Shown in pieces: positions 9,674 to 20,531 of a DNA stretch of 64,000 nt (its first letter is position 1; every line of letters begins with the position of its first letter). A model generated the notes under the pieces. The model ran no database searches, was not told the DNA's origin, and saw only the letters and a program-made list of their open reading frames with translations. Source of the stretch: Alistipes sp. Its GTDB lineage: Bacteria > Bacteroidota > Bacteroidia > Bacteroidales > Rikenellaceae. The position numbers and the translations under genes were made by a program. The stretch spans positions 15,359 through 79,358 of the forward strand of contig JAZRBZ010000016.1 in the NCBI GenBank assembly GCA_045635325.1, in the 5' to 3' direction.

Positions 9674-11830
9674 CTACTCTTTCTCGAAGAGAAGCACAGC
9701 GAGGTCGTACTGCTCGAGGGTGATGCGGCGCTCGTTGGTGAGTTGCGCGTGGCCGAGCGTCGAGTGCTCGACATACTTGTAGCCCGGAACGGAGATCGAC
9801 GTGCGGAGCGTCTGCGGCGTGCGGAGCTGGTTGGCAACCACTACCGCCATCTTATCCTCGCCGAAATAGGCGCGAGCATCGACCTGCGGATTCGAGCACT
9901 CGAAACCGAGACGATCCGTATAGCGACCTGCAAGCAGCGTATCTTCGTAGCGCTTCTTGATGGCATTCGCCTGTGCGAGATACTGCTGATATATAGGGCA
10001 TTGGTCGATGAGCGCACGACAGCGGAAAATCTCGATATCGACGCGCTGACCATCGAGCAGCGTGTTGTTGACGTGCCACTGCACATCGTTATCGTCGCGT
10101 TGACCGCGGTCGGTGAAGACCAGGTCAGGGAACGTGTACTTGAAGAAGTTCATCCAACGGTTAGGACCGTCGTTTGCCGGATAGCCGTGCGTGTAGTCGC
10201 AGTACTGTGCCAGAGCATCGACCGAGCCCTCGGCGCCGAGCGCAAACTCGGGATCGATGGCGTCGTAGCGGTCGCGCAGAAGTTTCAGGCACTGCGCGCG
10301 CTTCTGGATGCTGAAGACATCGGGCACGGGGTATTCGCGGCTGGTGTCCCAATTCGTGCTCTCGGTCTCGATGTAGCCGAGCTGGTCGAAGAATACGCTG
10401 CTTGCACCGAGTCGGTAGGCACGATCCTGCAACTCGAAGAGTACCTTGTTCCACTCGGGGTGCATCATCGTTGCGATGGCGAACGTGCGCTGGTCGTACT
10501 CGCCGAGCCAAGTGCCCTGGCCCGTGAATTTGTAGCGCTCGAGAATCTCCGAACCGTTGTTGTCGTGGCGACATACGCGCGGGCCCTTGCCACTCGTGTA
10601 GTAGCGACTCTTGCGGTCGATGAGCTTGCCGTTGAAGTAGAGCAACAGACGGCTGCCGTCGGCCTGATACTTGGCGATGGCCTCCTTCAACGCCTCATCG
10701 CCACCCTGCGACTCGTCGGGCGAGTAGTCGGGGTTGCCGTTGTCCATACCCTCGGCCCACCAGCCAAAGAGGAATACGGCGTTCGAGTTGATGCTCTTGT
10801 CGACATCCTTCAATCGGCCGTAGAGATCTGGATATTTGAAGAAGTATTCGCCGTACTGGTGCTTGAAGATCACGCGCTGCCAGCTGCGGAGCGTCTTGAT
10901 CCACGATGGCTCCGGCTTGTGATCCCACCACGAGTCCACCCATCGGCGATAGATGTCCGAGGCGTTATGCCATGAGCCGCTGTACGGCGATACGACATTG
11001 GCGTCGCACGTCCACTCCTCGCCGCAGAAGCAGTGCGGATACTTGTAGAAACCGAACTCCAGCGCGTCGAACTCGCCCGACGTGCCCTTGTAGGCACGCA
11101 GACCGTGCCAGGTGTCCTGCCAGGTGTTGTCGTGGCTGCCGAAGTAGAGGCCCTGCTGCTCGCCAAGCAGAGCGAAGCAGTTCATAAAGACCTTGTAGCC
11201 GTACTTGACGTTATATTGGCGGAAAATTTGCTCGGGCTTCTTGTACGGTGCGCTCGAGATCGAGCCGACGAGCTTCACCGGATTGTCGTAGAGACGACCG
11301 CCCGCCTCCGAGGTGAAGAGCTTGTGGTCGCTCGGGGAGTTGATGTTGCGGATGAGCGGGTACTGCAACTCGCGGATGACCGTGTGTGGCTCGCGGTTGC
11401 TCATCTTCGAGGCGAAGCGCACCTTGTCCTCCTCCAGCGTCACGCAGAGCGTGAGCGAGATATCGAGACGGTTGCCGCGCGCATCGAGCTGTGGGTAGAC
11501 GATGGTGAGCGAATTGCCCTCCTGCGAGACGCTAACGGGCTGTGACTCACCGATGATCTGAATCTCCTTCTCCTGTGGCGAGTCGTAGTACATACGCCAC
11601 AGGTAGTCGCCTTGACCGGCAGCGTAGTCGTGCCCCGTCGTGAGGTTTTTGAGCGAGTAGAGCAGGCCGTCGGCGCCAATCGAGACGCTCATCTTCTCGT
11701 TTGCGAGCGTATAGACGGGCTCACCCGAAGCGGTCTGCGTAGGAACGGTTCTCTCCGTATTCACATTGCCGGAGCAAGCCACTGCAACCACCGCAAGGGC
11801 AGCTGCAATAAGTGCTGAAATTCGATTCAT
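9674..11830 (-). CDS. Lipoprotein, putative glycoside-hydrolase-like protein (DUF6259-like)
   Basis: Lipobox VAVAC; LFGWW...MD...PDY, YFNG and FFDQLG segments suggest a TIM-barrel GH-like domain. Family assigned from recall. Confidence 0.6.
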   Translation of the reverse strand: MNRISALIAAALAVVAVACSGNVNTERTVPTQTASGEPVYTLANEKMSVSIGADGLLYSLKNLTTGHDYAAGQGDYLWRMYYDSPQEKEIQIIGESQPVSVSQEGNSLTIVYPQLDARGNRLDISLTLCVTLEEDKVRFASKMSNREPHTVIRELQYPLIRNINSPSDHKLFTSEAGGRLYDNPVKLVGSISSAPYKKPEQIFRQYNVKYGYKVFMNCFALLGEQQGLYFGSHDNTWQDTWHGLRAYKGTSGEFDALEFGFYKYPHCFCGEEWTCDANVVSPYSGSWHNASDIYRRWVDSWWDHKPEPSWIKTLRSWQRVIFKHQYGEYFFKYPDLYGRLKDVDKSINSNAVFLFGWWAEGMDNGNPDYSPDESQGGDEALKEAIAKYQADGSRLLLYFNGKLIDRKSRYYTSGKGPRVCRHDNNGSEILERYKFTGQGTWLGEYDQRTFAIATMMHPEWNKVLFELQDRAYRLGASSVFFDQLGYIETESTNWDTSREYPVPDVFSIQKRAQCLKLLRDRYDAIDPEFALGAEGSVDALAQYCDYTHGYPANDGPNRWMNFFKYTFPDLVFTDRGQRDDNDVQWHVNNTLLDGQRVDIEIFRCRALIDQCPIYQQYLAQANAIKKRYEDTLLAGRYTDRLGFECSNPQVDARAYFGEDKMAVVVANQLRTPQTLRTSISVPGYKYVEHSTLGHAQLTNERRITLEQYDLAVLLFEKE

Positions 11831-11884
11831 AGAGATTTGTTGGGTATAGTAAAATGTATGTTATGAAATCTGTTTGTGCGGGCG

Positions 11885-13981
11885 TTATTTGATGGCTGCG
11901 CCGTCGCCAACGCTCGGCGGAGTGTCCATACCACCCATACCGCCGCCATTGCCGGAGCCGCTGCCGGAGTCGTCATCCTCGCCAATCTCATCGCCGACGA
12001 TATCGTCCTTGTACTCGCTCCAGTATGATGCGCTCTTGTAGGCGTCGACCGAGTTCTGCGGCACATAAATCTTGCGATTTGCCTTGTTGCCGTAGAACAT
12101 CTGGTAGTCACCTGCCGGAGGCGATTTGCGCAGGCACAACACCTTCGACAATCGTCTGCAATAGAGGAATGCGTACGGGCCAATCTCCTGGATGCTTGCC
12201 GGAAGCGTAACGTGGGTGAGACTCTTGCAGTTGGAGAATACGCCCCACTCGATGGTCTTGACGCCGTTCGGGATGTGTACGGTCGTCAGGGCCGAGCAGT
12301 CGGCAAATGCGTGCCACTTGAGGATGGTGATGCCGCTCGGAATCGTGACGTGGTTGATGTTGGTGCAGCTGCCGAAAGCGAATTGTTCGATATCCTTCAC
12401 GCTGTTCGGAATCTCGACGCTCACTGCGCTATCGCACAAGTAGAAAGCATACTCGCCGATGTACTCCACACCATCCGGAATATTGATAACTCCCAGCGAC
12501 GAACATCTGGAAAATGCGTAGCCGCCAATGGTGACCAGATTCTTGCTCATCTTCAGCGATACCATATCCTTACACTCGGCGAATGCGTACTCCTTGATAG
12601 TCGTTACGCTGTTTGGTATTACGATGCTTCTCAGCGCGAAACATCTGTAAAAGGCGTACGCACCAATGGATGTAATCTTCTCGTTGAACTTTATGTTGGT
12701 CAGGTTGTTACAATAGTAGAACGCCTCATCGCCAATCTCCGTAACGCCGCTACCGAAGGTTACGCTTGTCAAACTTTTACAGGATTTGAATGCGCCCTTG
12801 CCCAGCGTAGTAACGCTGTTCGGGATGTAGATGCTCTTGATTGCCGTGCCGGAGAGAGCCGTCTCCTCGATGGCGGTTATGCTGTAAGGCAGGGTGATGC
12901 TTGCGAGTCTGTAGTACGAGAGGGCATCGTTGCCGATCTTTGTTACGGGAGCATCGAACTCGATAACGCCCTTTTCGTCGTCGTATGTATGCTTGATCAG
13001 ATTCGCGCCAAAGGCACTCGCCACATCGCGAGGCAGTGACATCATCGAGCCGTCGGTCGTGGTGTACCAAATCTCCGTGTCGGGGATGGTGCTCGGGTGG
13101 TGCTCGTTGGTGTAGTCGCCCACAAACTCAACCTTTATCGGCTCGGTCGAGTAGGTCTCGTTGCGCTTGACGGTGATGGCATCAGTGAGCGAGTGGATAA
13201 AGACAAGTTCGTCGGCGCTCGTAACGACAATCTTAATGCCCTGGCTGAACTCCGTTGGTGGCACCGCAAACCAGCACTCCGTAGGTTTATCGGCACTCGT
13301 GCCGAGCTTCACGCCGTCGCCGCAATCCAAGAAGATGCTGCTCGTCGCCTCCTCGGCTACGGCGATGCTCGGTGCAGTGTCGAACGGCGCGGTGATGGTT
13401 GCCGAGCCGGCAATCTTCTCCGAGTTGTTTCCGCTGATTTTCACGCTCTTGATGGTTGCGCCACCGTAGAGGTTTACTTTGATGTAGCCGCACGTGTTCT
13501 TGAATACCAGCGCGTTGCTTGAGTCGGCCGCTGCGGCAAGAGTTTTTGCGCCGGCCAGTGCGGCAACCATCGTATTCGAGCTCTTGGCAACACTGCCTGC
13601 CACGTACTCCTGCACAGCAGGCAGCGAGCAGACAATCGTGCCATCCTCGTTTGCGACCGTCTCCTCACGGTAAGGATATACGGCATAGATGCCGTCGAGG
13701 TCGTCGCTTATCTCATAGGCGTAGTTCGACACATACTTGAACGAGCCCGCCTTCTTGCCGTCGAAGCGGTATTGGCTGTTGAGCGTCGTGCCGTAGAAGA
13801 CCGAGATTAAATCGCCGCTCTCCCAGCTGAATGTAATGTCGCTCTGCTCGACAGTATTCTGTTCGATGCTTGCCGAGAGAGTCGGCAGTTTTGAGCCGCC
13901 CTCCTGCGAGCCGTCGTTGTGAGAGGTGTTGCATCCGATGAGCATCATCGGAGCAATAATGTATAACCAAAAGCGTTTCAT
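11885..13981 (-). CDS. Lipoprotein with a fimbrillin-like N-terminal domain and BspA-type leucine-rich repeats
   Basis: Lipobox LIGC; W.SGD.ISVF and YAVYPY fimbrillin-like motifs; about 12 repeats of IP.SVT.IG..AF..C..L. Confidence 0.85.
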   Translation of the reverse strand: MKRFWLYIIAPMMLIGCNTSHNDGSQEGGSKLPTLSASIEQNTVEQSDITFSWESGDLISVFYGTTLNSQYRFDGKKAGSFKYVSNYAYEISDDLDGIYAVYPYREETVANEDGTIVCSLPAVQEYVAGSVAKSSNTMVAALAGAKTLAAAADSSNALVFKNTCGYIKVNLYGGATIKSVKISGNNSEKIAGSATITAPFDTAPSIAVAEEATSSIFLDCGDGVKLGTSADKPTECWFAVPPTEFSQGIKIVVTSADELVFIHSLTDAITVKRNETYSTEPIKVEFVGDYTNEHHPSTIPDTEIWYTTTDGSMMSLPRDVASAFGANLIKHTYDDEKGVIEFDAPVTKIGNDALSYYRLASITLPYSITAIEETALSGTAIKSIYIPNSVTTLGKGAFKSCKSLTSVTFGSGVTEIGDEAFYYCNNLTNIKFNEKITSIGAYAFYRCFALRSIVIPNSVTTIKEYAFAECKDMVSLKMSKNLVTIGGYAFSRCSSLGVINIPDGVEYIGEYAFYLCDSAVSVEIPNSVKDIEQFAFGSCTNINHVTIPSGITILKWHAFADCSALTTVHIPNGVKTIEWGVFSNCKSLTHVTLPASIQEIGPYAFLYCRRLSKVLCLRKSPPAGDYQMFYGNKANRKIYVPQNSVDAYKSASYWSEYKDDIVGDEIGEDDDSGSGSGNGGGMGGMDTPPSVGDGAAIK

Positions 13982-14025
13982 AATCAACGTGTTTTAGGTT
14001 TCTTGTTCGGTTTTTGTGGGGTGTG

Positions 14026-16818
14026 TTACGAGAGCGGTTTGTACTTCACCTCTATCGACGATGTGTGGCGGCAGAGCTCGCCCTCGTCGGTGATACCCTC
14101 GAGCACGATATCGTACGTGCTGCTGCGGTCGGCCGTGTAGAACTCAACCGTGGCGCGGCCCGTTGCGTCGGTGCGAACGAGCGGCTCCCAGGCGATGGTG
14201 AGTCGCAGGTCGGCAACTGTCGAGAGGCGATCGTCGTAGGTGAGGTACTTCTGCTTGTAGAACTCGGCCGGCTGCTGGCAGGCGCGTACCACGACGCGAG
14301 CCATTGCATCGCTTGTTGCGGAGGTGTAGAGTCCCTCCTTGCTCACCTCCATCAGGATTGCGCCCGAAGGTGCGGAGAGACCGAGCATCGTAGCTGCTCG
14401 ACCGTCGACAAATGCCAGACGCTCAACGTATTTGGTGTCGTACGAATCGACATTCATAAGGTCTACCAGATTGCCGTTCACGTAGAAGTCCGGCTCCAGC
14501 ATATCGTCATCGTGCTCGGCCGACGTGCTGATCGACTCGACCGCCTCGCTCTCGGAGGTGCCCTCCTCGACGGCGTTCGATGCCATAAAGTCGGAGATGT
14601 AGTGCGACGACGAGTTACGAACGATATACTCCTTGCGGGTGGTGATGTTGCCACCGAGCACGTTCAGCTCCTTGAACGTGGCGAGTGCGTCGCTCACCCT
14701 TGCGAAACGCGAGAGGTCGCCGTGCAGCATACTTCCCGTATTACCCGTTGCGAAGAACGGTGTGCTGCTCTTGCGCGATACGACAACCACCTCCTCGATG
14801 TCGATGATGCGCTCGCCGCCCTCGTTGAAGTAGCGCTCCTTGGCGCGCATCAGGAACTGCTCGGGCACGAAGTTGACGATGTTCTTGTAGTGGTCGCGGC
14901 GGTTGGCCGTAGCGATGAGAGGGTAGTTCTCGCTCTCGATCTTGATGCGTACGGTCGTATCCTTGCCCTTCTTGTTGAGTGCCTGTACGATATAGGTCGT
15001 GGTCGAGAAGGCATCCAGGCCGGAGATGATGAAGTTGTTGTGCTCGTTGAGCTCGAACGACTGAACGTATTTCGTCTTCGGATCCATCACAACGACACTC
15101 GGCTTGCGGGCGCGTCCGAGCAGACCGAACACCGAGCCGCGAATGCGCTGCGAATCCTCAATAGGGTACATTATGCGTGGGAATACGCGGTCGATTACCG
15201 ACTGCAACTCGTATCTGCGCCAACCGTTGGTCATCATCACCAGATCGAGGTTGCCGAGCGTCTGTGCCGAGCTGTCGACAAAGTACTCGCCGGCATTCTC
15301 CACCTCGCCCTTCAGGTCGGAGGAGAGCAACATATACGAGAGGATGTTAGGGCTCTTTTCGTCGAGCTTGACATACGAGCCGTCGGTTACCGAGAGTGCG
15401 AAGTTGCCGGCTGCAGGTTTGCCATCTGAGTCCTTCACGTCGAGCGTCAGTACCACCTTGTCGCGCTGCTCGAAAGTGCCCTTCTGCGGGGTGATTTGCG
15501 CCTGTGCAAGACGGTTGTCGCGAACGTAGAACAGACGCTCGGCAACTATGCGGCGGGTAACGCGGTTGACAATCGATATCTGGGCAATACCGTCAAACAG
15601 ATCGCGGTTTTGCAGGCGCGAGAGGCGCGAGAGATCCTCGATGATGGTCATCACCGTACCGCGCGAGTGGACAACGGCTGCATAGTCGCGCAGATCGATA
15701 TCGGGCGTAGCGGCGGTTGTGAAGATATGCTCGTCGCCGTGACGCATAACGCGCATCGTAACACCGCTATCCTCGACTTTCGGCATATCGAAACGCTTCG
15801 TCGGACCATTCTCTACGCTCATTTCGGCATAGTACGAGTGGCCCTTCTCGGCGCATATCACAAAGCGCCCCATACCGTTGTGCGTGCTTGCAATCTCGGT
15901 GATGAGTGCACCGTCTGCCGCATCGTAAATCTTACCGCGCACGTTTCGGCCCTTGCCGTTGGTGCCCACAGCCTTGAAGGCGACAATCTGCACGATGTTG
16001 CCAATCAGGTTACCGCCCTCCGGACAGAACTGCACGTCGAAATCGTCGGAGAACGACGGCATCGGGATAAAGCGGCTCAACTCGCGGCTGTTGGCGCGAA
16101 TCTTCAGCTCCATACAGTCGTTCACCTGCTCCGACGGACGGAAACGAATCTCGATCGAGCCGGTCTTGTCGGTGCGGGCGCTGCCGCTGCGGGTATGGTT
16201 GTCGACGATGGTGCGATACTTGACCGGTGTGGAGACAATCGGCAGGGCGTTCTGATCCGAGAAGCGGACGAATGCCGAAACGGTGCCGTTGTCGTTGGTG
16301 CGGTAGGTAACGGAGGTCGAAATGGCATCGTCAATCTGGTTACCTATGTATATCTCCTTCGTGAAGAAGTAGCCCATATCGAAGTTGGTCATCCAACGGG
16401 TGTAGGCACGCAGCGTGTATCGGCCCGATGTAAGACGTGGCGAGAGCGAGAATGTGCCGATGAACTGCTTGTCCGTCGAGCATATCTTGATGCGCTCGAT
16501 GAGCTGTCCCTCGGGGCTGATCAGCTCGGCATAGACGAAGGCCGTCGACGAGATACGCGTGAGGAGCGTTGCGTGAACGAGAAAACCACTGAAATAGAGC
16601 GTCTCACCGGCGCTATAGTATGGTTTGTCGGTCTGCAGGTATAGTTTTTCGAATATGCCGCCATTCTGGTAGAATGCCGTATAGTCGTCGCGAAGCTGCT
16701 CGGCAAAGCTCTTTTCAGGCAGCGTAACAACCGGCTCTGCCGCCTCGCGCTTGTTGCGCTGGGCGTAACCGCCCGTGCAGATAAGAATCAACAGGAGGAG
16801 TGTGAGTACTCGTTTCAT
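14026..16818 (-). CDS. Bacteroidota secreted protein with an MG2 (macroglobulin-like) N-terminus and degenerate plug-like C-terminus
   Basis: EKLYLQTDKPYYSAGETLYF, YTLRAYTRWM.NF, FCPEGG, LDLVMMTNGWRRY and C-terminal TIAWEP...FYTAD...EGIT motifs. Confidence 0.75.
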   Translation of the reverse strand: MKRVLTLLLLILICTGGYAQRNKREAAEPVVTLPEKSFAEQLRDDYTAFYQNGGIFEKLYLQTDKPYYSAGETLYFSGFLVHATLLTRISSTAFVYAELISPEGQLIERIKICSTDKQFIGTFSLSPRLTSGRYTLRAYTRWMTNFDMGYFFTKEIYIGNQIDDAISTSVTYRTNDNGTVSAFVRFSDQNALPIVSTPVKYRTIVDNHTRSGSARTDKTGSIEIRFRPSEQVNDCMELKIRANSRELSRFIPMPSFSDDFDVQFCPEGGNLIGNIVQIVAFKAVGTNGKGRNVRGKIYDAADGALITEIASTHNGMGRFVICAEKGHSYYAEMSVENGPTKRFDMPKVEDSGVTMRVMRHGDEHIFTTAATPDIDLRDYAAVVHSRGTVMTIIEDLSRLSRLQNRDLFDGIAQISIVNRVTRRIVAERLFYVRDNRLAQAQITPQKGTFEQRDKVVLTLDVKDSDGKPAAGNFALSVTDGSYVKLDEKSPNILSYMLLSSDLKGEVENAGEYFVDSSAQTLGNLDLVMMTNGWRRYELQSVIDRVFPRIMYPIEDSQRIRGSVFGLLGRARKPSVVVMDPKTKYVQSFELNEHNNFIISGLDAFSTTTYIVQALNKKGKDTTVRIKIESENYPLIATANRRDHYKNIVNFVPEQFLMRAKERYFNEGGERIIDIEEVVVVSRKSSTPFFATGNTGSMLHGDLSRFARVSDALATFKELNVLGGNITTRKEYIVRNSSSHYISDFMASNAVEEGTSESEAVESISTSAEHDDDMLEPDFYVNGNLVDLMNVDSYDTKYVERLAFVDGRAATMLGLSAPSGAILMEVSKEGLYTSATSDAMARVVVRACQQPAEFYKQKYLTYDDRLSTVADLRLTIAWEPLVRTDATGRATVEFYTADRSSTYDIVLEGITDEGELCRHTSSIEVKYKPLS

Positions 16819-17113
16819 AAAAACTTGTGTAAATTTCCTTCAAAGGTATGCTTTTTTCGTGGAATCGCAATAGATTTTTCGTTTTTGTATCATCCGCAAG
16901 CCGGCATACCCGTGAAATTGGGTTACATATATATATTAAAAGAGGTGCTCTCTTGCCAAATGTTAAATTGCGAGGGGCAGGAAATTACGCGTGCAACGAA
17001 TTTTGAGTGGCGATGGAAATTTTTTGGTCGAAAATCTTGGGGCGATTGCTCGAAAAACAAAATAATCTCTTACCTTTGCATAAAGAAACAACCAAAAACA
17101 ATTCTATACCGGT

Positions 17114-19051
17114 ATGAAAATTTTCAAAACTATTTTGGCGATTGCTTGTATGCTCGCCACAATCTGCGTCTCGGCGCAGGAGACTCCGCAGGGTTTGACT
17201 CTCCCGTCGGTAGTCAGCGATAATATGGTGATTCAGCAGAATGCCACAGCAAACATCTGGGGTTGGGCTAAACCAAAGGCAAAGGTAAGTGTTGCGGCTG
17301 ATTGGTTGGTAGGTAAACCAACTGTTGTAAAGGCAGATAAGGAGGGCTTCTGGATTGTTCCGTTGCAGACTCCTGCTGCAAGTTTCGATCCGCACACCAT
17401 CACCATCACGGCAGGTAAGGAGAGCCGCACACTCAAGAACATCCTCGTAGGTGATGTATGGCTCTGCTCGGGCCAGTCGAATATGGAGTTCAAGGTGCGT
17501 CAGACGACCGATATGAAGGATGCGCTGACGGGCGAGATGAACACCAATATCCGCCTCTTCAATACGGGCCGTATCTCGGCAGAGACGCCGCAGAACGACG
17601 TTCCTACCCACAACGATAAGAAGGGTAACTACAACACTCCTTCGTGGGTGGTTTGCAACGCAGACGACCTCGCTGTATTCTCGGCTGTAGGTTTCGGCTT
17701 TGGCCGTGAGTTGCAGCAGACGCTCAATATTCCTATCGGTTTGATCGACGCTTCGTTCGGTGGTACCTTCGTTGAGGGCTGGATGAAGAAGGAGGTTATC
17801 GATGCCGATTCGAAGATCGTAAACGACTGTGCAAAGATTAAGCACAAGGTGTGGAAGGGTAAGGAGTCGCACCTCTACAACGCGAATATCTATCCTATTC
17901 GCCACACTGCAATCTCGGGTGTAATATGGTATCAGGGTTGCGCTAACGTAAGCTCGTCGCCTCGTGGCTACGCTCACTCGCTCGAAACGCTCGTTACCTC
18001 GTGGCGTGAGGAGTTCCGCTCGCCGGAGATGCCGTTCTACATCGTACAGCTCGTACCTTATCTCTATTCGGGCATCAAGGGTGCGCAGGTGCGTGAGGCA
18101 CAGCAGAAGGTTGCCGACAAGCTCTCGCACTGCGAGGTTGTCGTAACACTCGATCAGGTTGACATTCCGGGTGATATCCACCCACGCAATAAGGCCGTTG
18201 TGGCTCACCGTCTGGCACAGTGTGCTTTGGGCGACTACTATGGCAAGAGCGTTCCTGAATACCGTTCGCCGGCTTATGAGTCGATGGCCGTTGAGGGCGA
18301 CAAGATTCGTATCCGCGTGAAGAACCTCCCAACGACACTCGTTGCGAAGGACGACCGCATCGACGGTTTCCAGATCGGTGTGGCTGATCCAACCAATCCA
18401 AAGCGTATCAAGTTCTCGCTTGCAAGCGCAAGCATCGAGCCTGATAACTCGATTCTCGTATGGGCTCCTGGCGTAACCGCTCCTACGGCTGTTCGCTATT
18501 GCTTCAACGAGGCAGAGGGTGAGATTCTCTCGGCAGAGGGTCTTCCACTCGCTCCGTTCCGTACCGACAAGAGCAACGTATCGCAGTGTGTACGTCCGCT
18601 CGTAGAGAAGCCGACCGAGATGGAGATTACCTTCGAGGGTAAGGGTTATACGCCTGGTAAGTTCGCCGAGGGCGAGCATATGTGGCCAAACCTCAAGCAG
18701 AAGCTGAGCGACGACTATGCAAAGGAGTTCGAGGGTTGGGATATGCTGACCGCTCCGTCTATCAAGAAGGAGAAGACCGCAGGTGGTAAGATTACGGCTC
18801 ACGCTGACGGTTATGTATACTGCTTGATCCGCAATACGACCGAGTTCCAGAAGATTGAGTACAAGACCAAGTGGCGACTCATCCCTGCAACGTGGTGCCG
18901 AGCAATTACTCCTGATAGCAAGAAGATTGGTGCACAGTACGTTGCGTGCCACCCTGTAAAGGCGGGCGATGTAGTTGAGCTTCCACGCGTGAAGGACCAC
19001 TACTCGGTATTCGTATTGGCGAAGAAGATCAACTATGTAAGCGTTGAGTAA
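17114..19051 (+). CDS. Sialate O-acetylesterase family (SASA) protein
   Basis: Signal peptide; VWLCSGQSNM, WYQGC.N and DIHPRNK motifs. Confidence 0.9.
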   Translation: MKIFKTILAIACMLATICVSAQETPQGLTLPSVVSDNMVIQQNATANIWGWAKPKAKVSVAADWLVGKPTVVKADKEGFWIVPLQTPAASFDPHTITITAGKESRTLKNILVGDVWLCSGQSNMEFKVRQTTDMKDALTGEMNTNIRLFNTGRISAETPQNDVPTHNDKKGNYNTPSWVVCNADDLAVFSAVGFGFGRELQQTLNIPIGLIDASFGGTFVEGWMKKEVIDADSKIVNDCAKIKHKVWKGKESHLYNANIYPIRHTAISGVIWYQGCANVSSSPRGYAHSLETLVTSWREEFRSPEMPFYIVQLVPYLYSGIKGAQVREAQQKVADKLSHCEVVVTLDQVDIPGDIHPRNKAVVAHRLAQCALGDYYGKSVPEYRSPAYESMAVEGDKIRIRVKNLPTTLVAKDDRIDGFQIGVADPTNPKRIKFSLASASIEPDNSILVWAPGVTAPTAVRYCFNEAEGEILSAEGLPLAPFRTDKSNVSQCVRPLVEKPTEMEITFEGKGYTPGKFAEGEHMWPNLKQKLSDDYAKEFEGWDMLTAPSIKKEKTAGGKITAHADGYVYCLIRNTTEFQKIEYKTKWRLIPATWCRAITPDSKKIGAQYVACHPVKAGDVVELPRVKDHYSVFVLAKKINYVSVE

Positions 19052-19090
19052 TTCGCTTGGGGGACGAGTCAGAGCGTCCGAAAAAATAAG

Positions 19091-19125
19091 ATTCCCGACG
19101 GAAATATTGCCGTCGGGAATTTTTT
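19091..19125 (+). terminator. Intrinsic terminator
   Basis: ATTCCCGACGG...CCGTCGGGAAT followed by a T-run. Confidence 0.85.
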
Positions 19126-19204
19126 ATGCGTAAAAATGAGAGATTGCGGTGGAGGGTATCGTTTTTTTTCGTATATTCGCACTATAAATGCAAAATTATC
19201 GACT

Positions 19205-19912
19205 ATGAAATACAAGAGAATATTACTCAAATTGAGCGGCGAATCGTTGCAGGGCGAGCAGAAATACGGTATCTCGACCGAGCAGTTGCGCGTCTATGCC
19301 GAGCAGATTGGCGAGGTTGTTGCTTCGGGCGTGCAGGTGGGTATCGTTATCGGCGGCGGAAACATCTTTCGCGGTTTGCAGGGCGCAAAGCGCGGTTTCG
19401 ACCGTGTGAAGGGCGACCAAATGGGTATGCTTGCGACGATTATCAACTCGCTCGGTCTGCAGGCGGCACTCAACGACGAGGGCGTGAAGTGTAAGGTGCT
19501 CACCTCGATTCGTATGGAGCCAATCGGCGAGTACTATTCGAAAGATAAGGCGTTGGAGTATATGAGCCAGGGCTATGTCGTAATTATCGGCGGCGGAACG
19601 TCGAATCCGTACTTCTCGACCGACTCGGCATCGGCTTTGCGCGGCATCGAGATTGAGGCGGACGGCTTCTTTAAGGGTACGCGTGTGGACGGCATCTATA
19701 CGGCCGATCCGGAGAAGGATCCTTCGGCAGTGAAGTTCGACGAGATTACCTTCGACGAGGTATACGAGCGCAATTTGAAAATTATGGATATGACGGCCTT
19801 CACGCTCTGCAAGGAGAACGGGCTGAATATCATCGTGTTCGATATGGATACGCCGGGCAATCTGATGAAGGTGCTCTCGGGCGAGAATATCGGAACACTT
19901 GTTCATAACTAA
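19205..19912 (+). CDS. pyrH: UMP kinase
   Basis: YKRILLKLSGE, GGGNIFRG, GDQMGMLAT, FSTDSA.ALR. Confidence 0.97.
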   Translation: MKYKRILLKLSGESLQGEQKYGISTEQLRVYAEQIGEVVASGVQVGIVIGGGNIFRGLQGAKRGFDRVKGDQMGMLATIINSLGLQAALNDEGVKCKVLTSIRMEPIGEYYSKDKALEYMSQGYVVIIGGGTSNPYFSTDSASALRGIEIEADGFFKGTRVDGIYTADPEKDPSAVKFDEITFDEVYERNLKIMDMTAFTLCKENGLNIIVFDMDTPGNLMKVLSGENIGTLVHN

Positions 19913-19921
19913 TTGAGACAG

Positions 19922-20521
19922 ATGACTATGAAAGGACGTAGAAAGCAGAGATTGAGCAACTCGGTGCTCGTGGCTATGTTGGCGGTGCTGGTTGCTGCCT
20001 TCGTGTTGTTGTTGATGTGGAATCCGCAGAGTGCTACGGCGCGTCCGCAGGATGATCAGCAGGCAAAAATCGAGCAGTCTACACTCATTAAGGCGGGTAT
20101 GCTCGCTCCGGACTTTAAGGTGGAAATGTTTGATGGTGAGACGATTCGTCTCTCGGAGTTGCGCGGCAAAGTGGTGCTCGTCAACTTCTGGGCAACGTGG
20201 TGTCCTCCGTGCCGCGAGGAGCTGACCTATGTGCAGGCCGACCTGATCGACCGCTTCAAGGGCAAGGATTTCGTCTTTATTCCTATCTCGCGTGGCGAGG
20301 AGTATGGTACGGTGGCTGCGTTCCGCAAGCGTATGGGTTATACGTTCCCGATGGGCCTCGATCCCGACCAGTCGATCTATCGCAAGTTCGCTACGAACTA
20401 TATCCCGCGTAACTTCCTCATCGACCGCGATGGTCGCGTAGTGCTGGCGAGTGTCGGCTTCACGAAGGAGGAGTTCGTAGAGATGGTAAAACTCATTGAG
20501 ACGACTATTAACAACAAATAA
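19922..20521 (+). CDS. TlpA/ResA-family thiol-disulfide oxidoreductase
   Basis: N-terminal TM helix; LVNFWATWCPPCREE. Confidence 0.92.
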   Translation: MTMKGRRKQRLSNSVLVAMLAVLVAAFVLLLMWNPQSATARPQDDQQAKIEQSTLIKAGMLAPDFKVEMFDGETIRLSELRGKVVLVNFWATWCPPCREELTYVQADLIDRFKGKDFVFIPISRGEEYGTVAAFRKRMGYTFPMGLDPDQSIYRKFATNYIPRNFLIDRDGRVVLASVGFTKEEFVEMVKLIETTINNK

Positions 20522-20531
20522 CGATACGATT

